In this document: in pieces, positions 26,866 to 35,918 of the stretch | How positions within the stretch are numbered: the first letter of the stretch is position 1 | Layout: every line of letters starts with the position of its first letter | Source: Methanothrix sp. | GTDB lineage: Archaea; Halobacteriota; Methanosarcinia; Methanotrichales; Methanotrichaceae | Assembly: GCA_037128175.1 (NCBI GenBank) | Contig: JBAXWY010000018.1 | Location: 1 to 49,751, forward strand | Length of the DNA stretch: 49,751 nucleotides | Reading direction: 5' to 3' | Notes under the pieces: model-generated | Databases searched by the model: none | What the model saw: the letters and a program-made list of their open reading frames with translations, nothing else | Told to the model about the DNA's origin: nothing | Made by a program: the position numbers and the translations under genes

Positions 26866-29800
26866 TTACATCGTAGCCCTCTCGAGGACTATCTTATAAT
26901 ACTCGGCTTTATCTGCCTCATATCTCATAGCCTTTTCTGAGGAGAAAAGCACATTCCCTTTTGCATCCTTCACCGTTAAATATAGGTCAGGCAATTCGCC
27001 CTCAATCGGTGGGGAATAAGGATAGATGATCGAAAAGTTGCCATTTTCATCAGTGCCGGCATTTCTCAGCAGATCACCACGTTTCTTTTCACGATCAAAG
27101 ACCTGAACTTCCAAGCCCTTTGCCGGCTTACCATCCTGCTTAAGGACTCTTCCGAAGACAAGCCAGTCCTTTGGATGAAGCATGGGAATTGTTGGGACTA
27201 ATAAGTCATTCATCTTGCGCAAGGATCGAGCTAACTTTTCAGCAGCAATAGAGTCTTTTTGTGCGGAAATAGAATTGGGGTGTGTTTCTCCATAGGCTAC
27301 ATTCATCCTAGAAGCCTTGTATGCTTTTCGCGATGCACGAATGTCCTGGGCATCAGAAAATTTGCTGAGCGGACCTGTAACCATAGCCACCAATCCATTT
27401 AAATCATTTTCGAACAAACTTGTTACCATTTTGACCAAAGCTGATTTAATATTATCACATAATATTGGATAAGCTATTTGGTTATGACTTTGAATATTTT
27501 TTAGGCCGAAAACCAAAAGGCATCTGGTTGCCTGATTATCTGTAGCTATATTCATGTATCCGAGCGATAAATAGGAAATCAAAGATCCCCTGAGGGGGCT
27601 TTTAATTGAAGGAATTAGCTCAGAGAAACGATTACAAGAAGCCCGAACGGTTGGGGCAAGAGTTGTAACGCTGCTTATGACAAATTCACCAATAGATTCA
27701 ATTAAGATCTGATTATCCTGGAATGATACATCATCTCCTGAGGCAATTATTATCGGTGAGCCAATTGAATCTTTTACGATCCCATCAAGGCCCCTAATAA
27801 AAACACCTTCATCAGTTACGTTTTCAGCTGGAGGGTCATCGATTTTACCCATTTCTTCTGTCTGAAAGGTCACCTGGTTTCCGTGGAAGAGCACTTGGCC
27901 ATTGACGGCCATATCCGTTAGTACTTCTCTAAGTTTAACGAATGGGACGGCACCTAATGCAATGCTCTTTGGCGTATAATTTTCGCCTACATATTTCTCG
28001 CCAGGTCCAATCAAATCAAATGCTGCCAGTTCAAGGGCTATACCGTAGTTGATGATGCACACGCACTGATTTATCTTGGAATTAAGAATTTTATAAACTG
28101 GCTGGCTCCATTTGCCAAGAGTTGTGAGAGAATTATCAGCTATCCGCATTGGGCCCAGTCCAACGATGATCAAAGCATGGCCGCGGGGGGTTACTACTAC
28201 GTTGTCGGTGATCGTTGCAGACGAAACTCCTGCCCGAAGGCCGCTCAGTCCCGCTTCAGCAAGATCATGCAGATATCCCGCAGGCAAACTGCCTCCGGTT
28301 ACGTGCAGCGCTACTATGCCTGCCTGATATGCTTCTTCAGGCTCTGTATAGTCATTTTTAACTCCATTATCTGTTATGAGGTTATCTTTTATTTCGAGTC
28401 CCTGGCACATCGATACGAAAACCCCGCACGCAGGCTCGTGGGGGACATTAAAAAACCCATAACCATTCTTGGCGATATAATTTCCACTTATTCGAAGACC
28501 CGAAATATCTCTCAACACAATGCCGCCAACAGCTTCATTATCGAATCTCTCATCGATCCCTTTTTTAGCGCATCTAAATATCCTGTTGCGATCTATGATA
28601 AGATCAGCAATGTCGCTTCCTAGCGCCTCTTGGCATTCTTCGACTGTGCCCTTGTCGCCCATAACGCGTACCTTCATGCCATCCTTCAGGTCTAACGTCG
28701 CGGTATTTGTTCTCACCACAACGCCGGGACGGGGTGAATCAAATTCGCGGCTCACAGTGGCTGCGTGGCAGTTACAGTCACCATCATCAGTGACGATAGC
28801 CCCGGCGCGCTTCATGGCTGGAAGCATGTCGTTCGCGGTCATCTTGGTGACCATGATGTCTCCCTGCTTAACCTTGTCCAGATCGTCCGCGCTGGTGATT
28901 ATCCGAACGATCCCTATAGTAGTACCCTCTACGGCCCCTATTCCTATAAGAAAGACGGGATCACCATGAATAGCTTTCATCATAGTGCAAATGCCGCTAT
29001 TATCCATTTCGACTATGAAGTTGTCTGTAATGGTAATTCCAGCTACTTGGCTATCGTCTGAGGTGCTGGTCTTGTCACCCAGGATAATGCCGGCCGACGC
29101 TCCAGATATCGAGTTATCTCTAATAATAATATTTTTGGAACCGTCATGCACCCATATTCCCACACTGGATAATTTATTTCCAGAAAATTGTATTACTTTA
29201 GATCCAGTTATAGCTATTGCAGCATATTTATAGGTACTTGGGCAAATAAAAAAGTTATTCTCTATAATTATGTCTTTGCTATCCGAGATCATCAGAGGAG
29301 ATATGTCATCCTCACCTTCAATCTGATCTATTTTCGCTATATTTACTATGCAATCCGAGATTTTTATCAGAAAACAATGATTTTTTAAAAATACAGCATT
29401 TTGAGTCGGCTTAACTTCAAAGGTCAGTGAGTCAAACTGTACAAGTGCAGATTTATCTAACTGGAATGCCGGATCTAGGTTTTCAGGCCCAAATATCTGC
29501 GTTTGAGGACCGCATCCGTATATGGTTAATACAGCCTTGTACGGTTGATAACCCATCTCTTCGTACTTTGGCCGGAAATCGTTGATTGTGATGGTTTTGA
29601 GGAGCTTGTGGCTTCCCGGGAGAATACAGACTCTTCCTGCACCCTTCCCTATCACAAAATCGATACCCTCTTGAATGTTATCAAAGTCGCCATGGCTGGT
29701 CACACCATCCCCCACCGTAGCTGTGCAGCAGCAGGAACCGTTGGAGCCCAGTTCCGTTAGAGGCTTGAACTTCTTGCGGCAGTCCGTAACATCTGCAGTG

Positions 29801-31170
29801 ATAACTCCATTGTCATTGCTAGTCCACTTAATCAGAGCCAATTTGCAGTAGTGGTGCTCGATGCCCCTGGGAGGCGCATTTACCAGCGTCTCCACCTCGC
29901 CGGTAGTACGAGCAGCGAAGACCCAGTAGTCGCCGGTCGTGAAATTGCTGCCCGAGAACTGGATCCTGATCCCGTCCTCCAGATATATCGGGTTGTCCGT
30001 GTTTACAGCAATGGCATCGCTCTTCTGGTCCCATCTGCGGACCTTGGCATGATATTTTACCTGATAGATTGATGGGATCTCCTGGCTCAGGGATATGGTG
30101 AACGCGGCCTGGTTTGGCTCACCGACGATCTGTGCCAAGGTCCCCGGACTTCCTGAGAGCTCGGACACATCATCGAGCACCTCAACCCAATCACCATTGT
30201 GCAGGGTGAGCACCTGATCTCTACCCAGGCGCTTCAACGTGATTATCTTTCGATCATCTTCACCAAACTCCTCGATTGGGAAGACGACTGAGCCGTTATC
30301 TCGGGACCATTTGAAAGTAGCACCTTTCTCCACATCCTTTCCCGACGCCGACATTCGGCCTTGCGTCGCCCACCCTTCGGCCTTTACCGTCAATTCATTC
30401 GCGCCATTAATCGTTTCCACAGAATGAAGACCGAAATGCGTTCCAGGAGATACAGAATTTGACAATGCTTGTGTATCGCCGCCATTATGAATCTCGACAC
30501 GATAAAGGCGGTTCTCCAGCCCGATGTATCCTCCCTCTGCAATCAAGGTACAGGGATTGACGGTATCTCCAGATGGGCTGAGCGAGGTGGTCAGGTGCCC
30601 TTTGCTGGGCATGGTAGGAGAAAGCTGGCCCCAGGGTTTGACATCTGCACATTCCTTGACATCTTCGCCAACTTTCTCCACCTTCACCTGCCAGACCGTC
30701 TTGATGCGGGTCGTCGTGTCAGGTCCGCCCAGGGCAGTCTCCCTAATTTCGGGATCCTCGATAGCAGTAATATGACGTATCCATACATCCAAATAGACCA
30801 GATAGGTTCCGCTTTTACCAAGCTTTGGCCTGCCAGGATAGTCTTTCTGACCGAGGTAGGTTGTGGAATCTTCAAGCTGACAGAGGATGCCATCAACATA
30901 AATATTACCTGGCGAGATCTTGAGGTCTTCGTTCTGCTCATCAACTGTTATTTTAAACCCACCGGATTCTTCATCAGCTTTGCCATTGACGGGCACGCCA
31001 CAAGGACCGATGATATCTCGGGTCCTGATCCGATCAATATGCCTCTGCATCTCTACATACTCATTCCAGTCCGCATCCAGGTCTACCCTGCCCTGCTGCT
31101 TGAATACTCCTGAGTAATGCTTCTTGGGATAAAATGGAAATCTAGTAAAATCGCCCTTCATTTTCTTCAC
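26866..31170 (-). CDS. eCIS tail fibre: DUF6519 + parallel beta-helix with inserted PEP-utiliser swivel domain + C-terminal transthyretin-like domain
   Basis: MKGDFTR...QQGRVDLDADWNE, YVDGILC, ENRLYRVEIH, FKWSRDNGS, GDYWVFAART and HHYCKLA; beta-helix I.DN.I repeats. Confidence 0.85.
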   Translation of the reverse strand: MKKMKGDFTRFPFYPKKHYSGVFKQQGRVDLDADWNEYVEMQRHIDRIRTRDIIGPCGVPVNGKADEESGGFKITVDEQNEDLKISPGNIYVDGILCQLEDSTTYLGQKDYPGRPKLGKSGTYLVYLDVWIRHITAIEDPEIRETALGGPDTTTRIKTVWQVKVEKVGEDVKECADVKPWGQLSPTMPSKGHLTTSLSPSGDTVNPCTLIAEGGYIGLENRLYRVEIHNGGDTQALSNSVSPGTHFGLHSVETINGANELTVKAEGWATQGRMSASGKDVEKGATFKWSRDNGSVVFPIEEFGEDDRKIITLKRLGRDQVLTLHNGDWVEVLDDVSELSGSPGTLAQIVGEPNQAAFTISLSQEIPSIYQVKYHAKVRRWDQKSDAIAVNTDNPIYLEDGIRIQFSGSNFTTGDYWVFAARTTGEVETLVNAPPRGIEHHYCKLALIKWTSNDNGVITADVTDCRKKFKPLTELGSNGSCCCTATVGDGVTSHGDFDNIQEGIDFVIGKGAGRVCILPGSHKLLKTITINDFRPKYEEMGYQPYKAVLTIYGCGPQTQIFGPENLDPAFQLDKSALVQFDSLTFEVKPTQNAVFLKNHCFLIKISDCIVNIAKIDQIEGEDDISPLMISDSKDIIIENNFFICPSTYKYAAIAITGSKVIQFSGNKLSSVGIWVHDGSKNIIIRDNSISGASAGIILGDKTSTSDDSQVAGITITDNFIVEMDNSGICTMMKAIHGDPVFLIGIGAVEGTTIGIVRIITSADDLDKVKQGDIMVTKMTANDMLPAMKRAGAIVTDDGDCNCHAATVSREFDSPRPGVVVRTNTATLDLKDGMKVRVMGDKGTVEECQEALGSDIADLIIDRNRIFRCAKKGIDERFDNEAVGGIVLRDISGLRISGNYIAKNGYGFFNVPHEPACGVFVSMCQGLEIKDNLITDNGVKNDYTEPEEAYQAGIVALHVTGGSLPAGYLHDLAEAGLSGLRAGVSSATITDNVVVTPRGHALIIVGLGPMRIADNSLTTLGKWSQPVYKILNSKINQCVCIINYGIALELAAFDLIGPGEKYVGENYTPKSIALGAVPFVKLREVLTDMAVNGQVLFHGNQVTFQTEEMGKIDDPPAENVTDEGVFIRGLDGIVKDSIGSPIIIASGDDVSFQDNQILIESIGEFVISSVTTLAPTVRASCNRFSELIPSIKSPLRGSLISYLSLGYMNIATDNQATRCLLVFGLKNIQSHNQIAYPILCDNIKSALVKMVTSLFENDLNGLVAMVTGPLSKFSDAQDIRASRKAYKASRMNVAYGETHPNSISAQKDSIAAEKLARSLRKMNDLLVPTIPMLHPKDWLVFGRVLKQDGKPAKGLEVQVFDREKKRGDLLRNAGTDENGNFSIIYPYSPPIEGELPDLYLTVKDAKGNVLFSSEKAMRYEADKAEYYKIVLERATM

Positions 31171-31176
31171 ATCCTT

Positions 31177-33396
31177 TTAAGTAACGTAAATGAATCCTGC
31201 TTCCAGTCCGAATGGCAGGTACTCTTCCAGCCTGATTCGCAAATTGTCCTCTCGCTGGGGCTGCTTCAGGCTGCAAAAAGCCCCCATCTCCGAGCCGTCT
31301 TCTGCTCCGGTTCGTATCTCTTTTGCACAGTTAAGGCTAAGCTGAGCATAACCCGGATCCCCGTAATGAACCGAGGTAAAGGATGGCCGCATCTGCTCTT
31401 TTATCTCCTCACTTTCTCTATGGCTCTGGTCTTTGCCAAGGTCTTTTGCCCTTTTTTCCAGAGCGAGATCCGACTGACACCTGTACCTGCGAGGAGTCTT
31501 GGACCCCTCTGGCAGATAGCTGAAGCGAACACATCCTGCTTGCTGCTTGTCGGCAACAGTCGGCTCCATGAAGATTGTATCAGAAGCCAATTTAAGCTCC
31601 TTCACATGAACAGAACCAAATATTGTAGCACGTTCGAGCTTAGTAGATGGCCCAGGACCATGATCCTGGGGATTGGAATGAAGAGTGCTTTCTGCGAAAT
31701 ATATGGCATACCTATCATGATCGCAGGCATCAATAATACTGTCTTTGACGGTCAAGCAGGTCACGCTTGCAGGAAGGTTTAGAGCCCCACTAATGCAGTG
31801 ATCGATCTCAATAGAGAGCTTGAGGTTATCTTTGTGCACGGATACACTCGGGCTTTCCGGGTGAAGGGGCTTACCTCCCTCGCCGAGGCTTAAGCCAGGG
31901 ACTAATGTGCAGTGTTCTATAGTTACATATTCGATATTCTCATTCAGATTAATGCCGCCTTCGATCAGCAGCCCGTTTAGAGCCAGCTTTGATCCAGACT
32001 TACCATTTATCTTAAAGATGCCAGGCAGGTTATTATCTCCTTTCAGCCTTATATGGGGACGCATCTGATTGGCAGCTCGAATTACCAGGCTCTTGCCTTC
32101 CGGAATCACAGTGTTAGAGATAGCCTCCTCATAAGTGGAGCTGTCAGCAATAGTAATAATAGCGCTGCGAAAATTCCCTTTTGCAGAATCTGCCCAATCC
32201 TTCAACGCCTGCTTCAGGGTGGAGGCCCTGCATTTTATTGTTTTATCAGAAGCATCTACATTTTTGCAGACTGTTATCTCCCATTCATATTTCTCTGCCT
32301 CTGCCAGGCTGTTTCTTCGCTCATAAGAACCTCCTCCGATGTCGGCGCTAAATCCATAACTATAGCAGACGAATACTTCTCCAGGATCTTTCGCAAAGGT
32401 GATCCGACCCAGGCGCAGATCGACTGCTACAGTCATGCCTTGGGGCGGGAGCGCCCAGTTGCTCAGATCCTTGCATGCAACTTTATCGATCGTTACCAGC
32501 TTGGCGGATTTGATATCATGGCCGCAATAGATCGCAATGCTCTTTTGGGATTTGAGGTGGTCTTCCCCATCTTGCGATACGTAATAATCCTCGTTGTCAA
32601 AATAGAACGCCAGGGGGCGTATCGGTCCAGGCGTGTTGATCTCGCGACAAAGCCCATCCTCACCAAATTCCGGACGGGGTTTGGTAAACAAAGGCGATGG
32701 ATTGCCGAGAGGGCTGAAATGAAAGCCATAATATTTGCATGAGGAGGACTTTCTTGCCTTAACGCCTATCATCGGATAGCTCCTCAGCCGCCAGAGAAAG
32801 AAGCCTATCTTGCGAATGTTGTACCATCCCTCCGAGCGGCTGATAGCTCGAACATCCACAGTATGGCTGATTATATCGAGGGGACCATTGAGGAGGTCCA
32901 GTGCGTTTCTGTTGCGCAGGTTAACAGATCCAACTCTATCCACTGCAAAAGGATCATGGACCGGTTCCAACTGGACCGGGTCGGAAGTGAAGCTATACCG
33001 CAAGTTATTGAGGTTTTGCGTCCAGCCCAATAGCTCGAAAAATGGCACCACATGCACTCCCCAGCCGGTAACATCTCTGGCCAACTCCTCAAGCATGGAT
33101 AGAGTTCCCTTTCGCCTGCGGTAGTAAATGGTTTTGGCTACATCTGCCCTTCTGCGAGCTGCCACCTCATTTAATGGATTATTTGCTACCAGATCGGCAA
33201 TATAGGGTATGACCCAATCTCTGCAGGTCTCTATAAAAAGGTCATCCCAGAGCCCATCTATGTCACGCTTAAGGATATCGGCCTGTTCGCTGATGATCTC
33301 CAGGAGGGAGCGAAGCTTATAACCCTGCTCGGCATCCCTGATACGATATATTGAAGGCAAAAGCTCGTAAAGATCCATGATTCTCTTTTCGCTCAT
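31177..33396 (-). CDS. eCIS baseplate wedge / phage tail protein I-like
   Basis: LYELLPSIYRIRD, WVIPYIADLV, RRRKGT...LE.LA and LEEYLPFGL motifs. Confidence 0.8.
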   Translation of the reverse strand: MSEKRIMDLYELLPSIYRIRDAEQGYKLRSLLEIISEQADILKRDIDGLWDDLFIETCRDWVIPYIADLVANNPLNEVAARRRADVAKTIYYRRRKGTLSMLEELARDVTGWGVHVVPFFELLGWTQNLNNLRYSFTSDPVQLEPVHDPFAVDRVGSVNLRNRNALDLLNGPLDIISHTVDVRAISRSEGWYNIRKIGFFLWRLRSYPMIGVKARKSSSCKYYGFHFSPLGNPSPLFTKPRPEFGEDGLCREINTPGPIRPLAFYFDNEDYYVSQDGEDHLKSQKSIAIYCGHDIKSAKLVTIDKVACKDLSNWALPPQGMTVAVDLRLGRITFAKDPGEVFVCYSYGFSADIGGGSYERRNSLAEAEKYEWEITVCKNVDASDKTIKCRASTLKQALKDWADSAKGNFRSAIITIADSSTYEEAISNTVIPEGKSLVIRAANQMRPHIRLKGDNNLPGIFKINGKSGSKLALNGLLIEGGINLNENIEYVTIEHCTLVPGLSLGEGGKPLHPESPSVSVHKDNLKLSIEIDHCISGALNLPASVTCLTVKDSIIDACDHDRYAIYFAESTLHSNPQDHGPGPSTKLERATIFGSVHVKELKLASDTIFMEPTVADKQQAGCVRFSYLPEGSKTPRRYRCQSDLALEKRAKDLGKDQSHRESEEIKEQMRPSFTSVHYGDPGYAQLSLNCAKEIRTGAEDGSEMGAFCSLKQPQREDNLRIRLEEYLPFGLEAGFIYVT

Positions 33397-35918
33397 TACT
33401 GACCACTCCAGAGATTCACTATGATATCTGTTTCAGGATTTTCAACGGCTATCAGTTCCTCAGAAGAAATGTAAAGGTGGCTTTGCACGCTGTCCGGAAT
33501 ACCGACGCCGTTTGCTGTGTGAAAGGTAGCCAGCCTTTTCTTTTGCTCAGAATATGAAAGGTCCTTGAATTGAAGCATGATAATGCGTGCCGCGACAACG
33601 CCGGCAACGCACTGGATAGCCAGGTAGAGGTCGCTCAAATGAATTGACTGTCCCAGGTTTAAATTTTCAAACGCCAGATGCTCCTTCAGGGCATTGGTCA
33701 CAGCCGTTTGCACATCTTTATGCAAAAAATCTGAACCCGATTTGATCTCTACCATCATTTGTAAGGGCATTTTCCTGCGAACTTTAACTCTCAATTTTCG
33801 GTTACGGTCTCGACGGACATTTAGATATCCAACCAGTTCTTGAAGGATTGGGTCCATATCTGCATCATCTACACCGGCCACGGTCAGAATGACTGCCTGC
33901 TCTTCGCCGTCCCAGTACGAGTTCGATCTTGCCTTGGCCACGCCTTTGAACTCGCGGGCTGCGTCTTCGAAGTCCCTCAAAGACACTATGCGCTCGAAGG
34001 TGCGCACAGTATTTGGAGCATTTTTCCTGGCATCCTCCAATCCCTCCTGATTATCACCACCTTCGGCAGCAATAGGATTGATTACGCTCTTGAGTCCTAA
34101 AGGACGGTCTAGAAGCGTCTTGAGGGTGTTGGCTTTTACGTTGCCTTCCCGCCCCGATCCCTTACGATATGTGGCGGTTACATTTCCGTTGCCGCTGGAC
34201 AGACGAGCCCCGTTTTGCCCGTCTCCGAACCGGATCTGTGTCTTGCCTTCGCTATTGATTTCGGATGTATAAATCCGCTCATTTCCAAAGTGGCCATAGA
34301 GGTTGTTTGCTTCATGCCACAATATTCCGTCCACCCGGATCAGCAGAGTATTTGCAGCACCATGTGGGGATTTAGCCTGATGGACGAACGTCACCGGTGA
34401 ATTGCTTATCGGAAATGATTGCAGACCAATTGATGCATCCCCATCGCCCAGAACCTCATCTTTAACAGTCTCGCCGTGAGTTGCCTGGGCAACGTTCCCA
34501 TAGATGAAAGCGGTTTTGCTGTCCAGAGGCGGGCTCAGCTCCTCATCGATGGTAATAGACTTGAGGCCATGATTGGCAATGGAACCTACTCCAGTAACCG
34601 TGGCCAATTGGGGCATTCCATTTTCGTCCCCGATTATCAGAGCACGGTTGAGCTCGATTTTTTCGGCCTGATTTGTTGGAAGGTAGAAGGAATTTCCGGC
34701 AATATTATCTGGATAGCAATAGTTGAAGAAAGATATTTTCCCATCAAGCTTATAGATTTCCGCCTCGCGCAAATTAATTTTATCGGTTATTGGTGATTTA
34801 ATGGTAATCTCACTAACTGTTGCACTCATCGGGCCGTAACTCTCAGAAACCTGGCGAACTTCAGTGATAATGGTTACCAAAGCGAAGGACCGGTTCGGGC
34901 AAATCAGAATTTCTGTACCTTTTTTCAGGTCGTCATAGACAGCATCCAGATTTAGTCTCTTAGCATTATCAGGGGGTATTTCGAAGGTATATTCTGGCCG
35001 GCCAATTTCTTCATCAGCCGATTCGCCTTCATTAACCCAAATCCATTTCATTTCACCGTTCTTGTCAGGATAAGAGTGAAGATATCTCTTGGGAGCATTA
35101 TGGCCGAATAGTCTATATTTTTGCACGAACTTGTAAGCATAAGAATTTTCTAAATTCATGTCGGACGATTGAATTTCTGGCTTCCAGACTAAGGCGGTAA
35201 GCCCCCCATATTGCTTGAATCCTATAACCTCTTTATCTTCCGTGGAAAAGATGCCGGAAACTGATTTGGAAAAAATCACAAACTGATCTCCCGGAGATAA
35301 CGCCGCAAAGGCTTTTAGATCTAGATAGCCACTGGTGCCGTTTCCCACAGGATTGCCCTTCTCCAATGGATTGTGACTTTGTGGTTGGGGATAAATCTTC
35401 AATCTGTTAATGTCCGCCCTCGCGGCAATGTCTTGCACAGTCTCGAACTTCTGGGGCTTCTCGCTTTGGCCGGGCACACTCTGGACGCGAATGCCTAACG
35501 GTATCTGAACTTCTTTGTCTTTCTCCAGAGTGAATGCCAGATAGGTCGAAGCGGCAACTCCGGGCACCAGTCTGTAGTCCAGCAATGCGGCCAGCCGTGT
35601 TACAGACTCAGGAAGAAGGGCAGTTCTTAGGTATGCCTCGTTGGCTATCCTCTCCTGGTAGAAAGTCAGAATATCGGCAAGATATGCCCACATCTCGATC
35701 AAGGCGATGCCATAGTCATCGCTTGTACGAACCATCCAACTCTCAAGATCAGGACGTTGGGAGATGGCATGAAACATTGCCTGACGAAAGGCGTCATAAG
35801 TTCCCACCCGGTAGCTCAGGGAGGACATTCCCGGACGGTTCTCTACCACAGCAGGTGTTGCCGGCGTTGGCAACTTACAGCAGCTGCAAGGGCTCTTACC
35901 GGTATCATTACAGCTCAT
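33396..35918 (-). CDS. eCIS baseplate J-like protein (second copy)
   Basis: ADILTFYQERIANEAYLRTA, GNVAQATHGET, IRFGDG and RIVSLRDFED motifs. Confidence 0.88.
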   Translation of the reverse strand: MSCNDTGKSPCSCCKLPTPATPAVVENRPGMSSLSYRVGTYDAFRQAMFHAISQRPDLESWMVRTSDDYGIALIEMWAYLADILTFYQERIANEAYLRTALLPESVTRLAALLDYRLVPGVAASTYLAFTLEKDKEVQIPLGIRVQSVPGQSEKPQKFETVQDIAARADINRLKIYPQPQSHNPLEKGNPVGNGTSGYLDLKAFAALSPGDQFVIFSKSVSGIFSTEDKEVIGFKQYGGLTALVWKPEIQSSDMNLENSYAYKFVQKYRLFGHNAPKRYLHSYPDKNGEMKWIWVNEGESADEEIGRPEYTFEIPPDNAKRLNLDAVYDDLKKGTEILICPNRSFALVTIITEVRQVSESYGPMSATVSEITIKSPITDKINLREAEIYKLDGKISFFNYCYPDNIAGNSFYLPTNQAEKIELNRALIIGDENGMPQLATVTGVGSIANHGLKSITIDEELSPPLDSKTAFIYGNVAQATHGETVKDEVLGDGDASIGLQSFPISNSPVTFVHQAKSPHGAANTLLIRVDGILWHEANNLYGHFGNERIYTSEINSEGKTQIRFGDGQNGARLSSGNGNVTATYRKGSGREGNVKANTLKTLLDRPLGLKSVINPIAAEGGDNQEGLEDARKNAPNTVRTFERIVSLRDFEDAAREFKGVAKARSNSYWDGEEQAVILTVAGVDDADMDPILQELVGYLNVRRDRNRKLRVKVRRKMPLQMMVEIKSGSDFLHKDVQTAVTNALKEHLAFENLNLGQSIHLSDLYLAIQCVAGVVAARIIMLQFKDLSYSEQKKRLATFHTANGVGIPDSVQSHLYISSEELIAVENPETDIIVNLWSGQ

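Noticed and set aside
28636-28950. A functional PEP synthase gene or separate ORF
   Set aside because: Only the swivel domain is present, in frame inside the fibre; nucleotide-binding and pyruvate-binding domains are absent.
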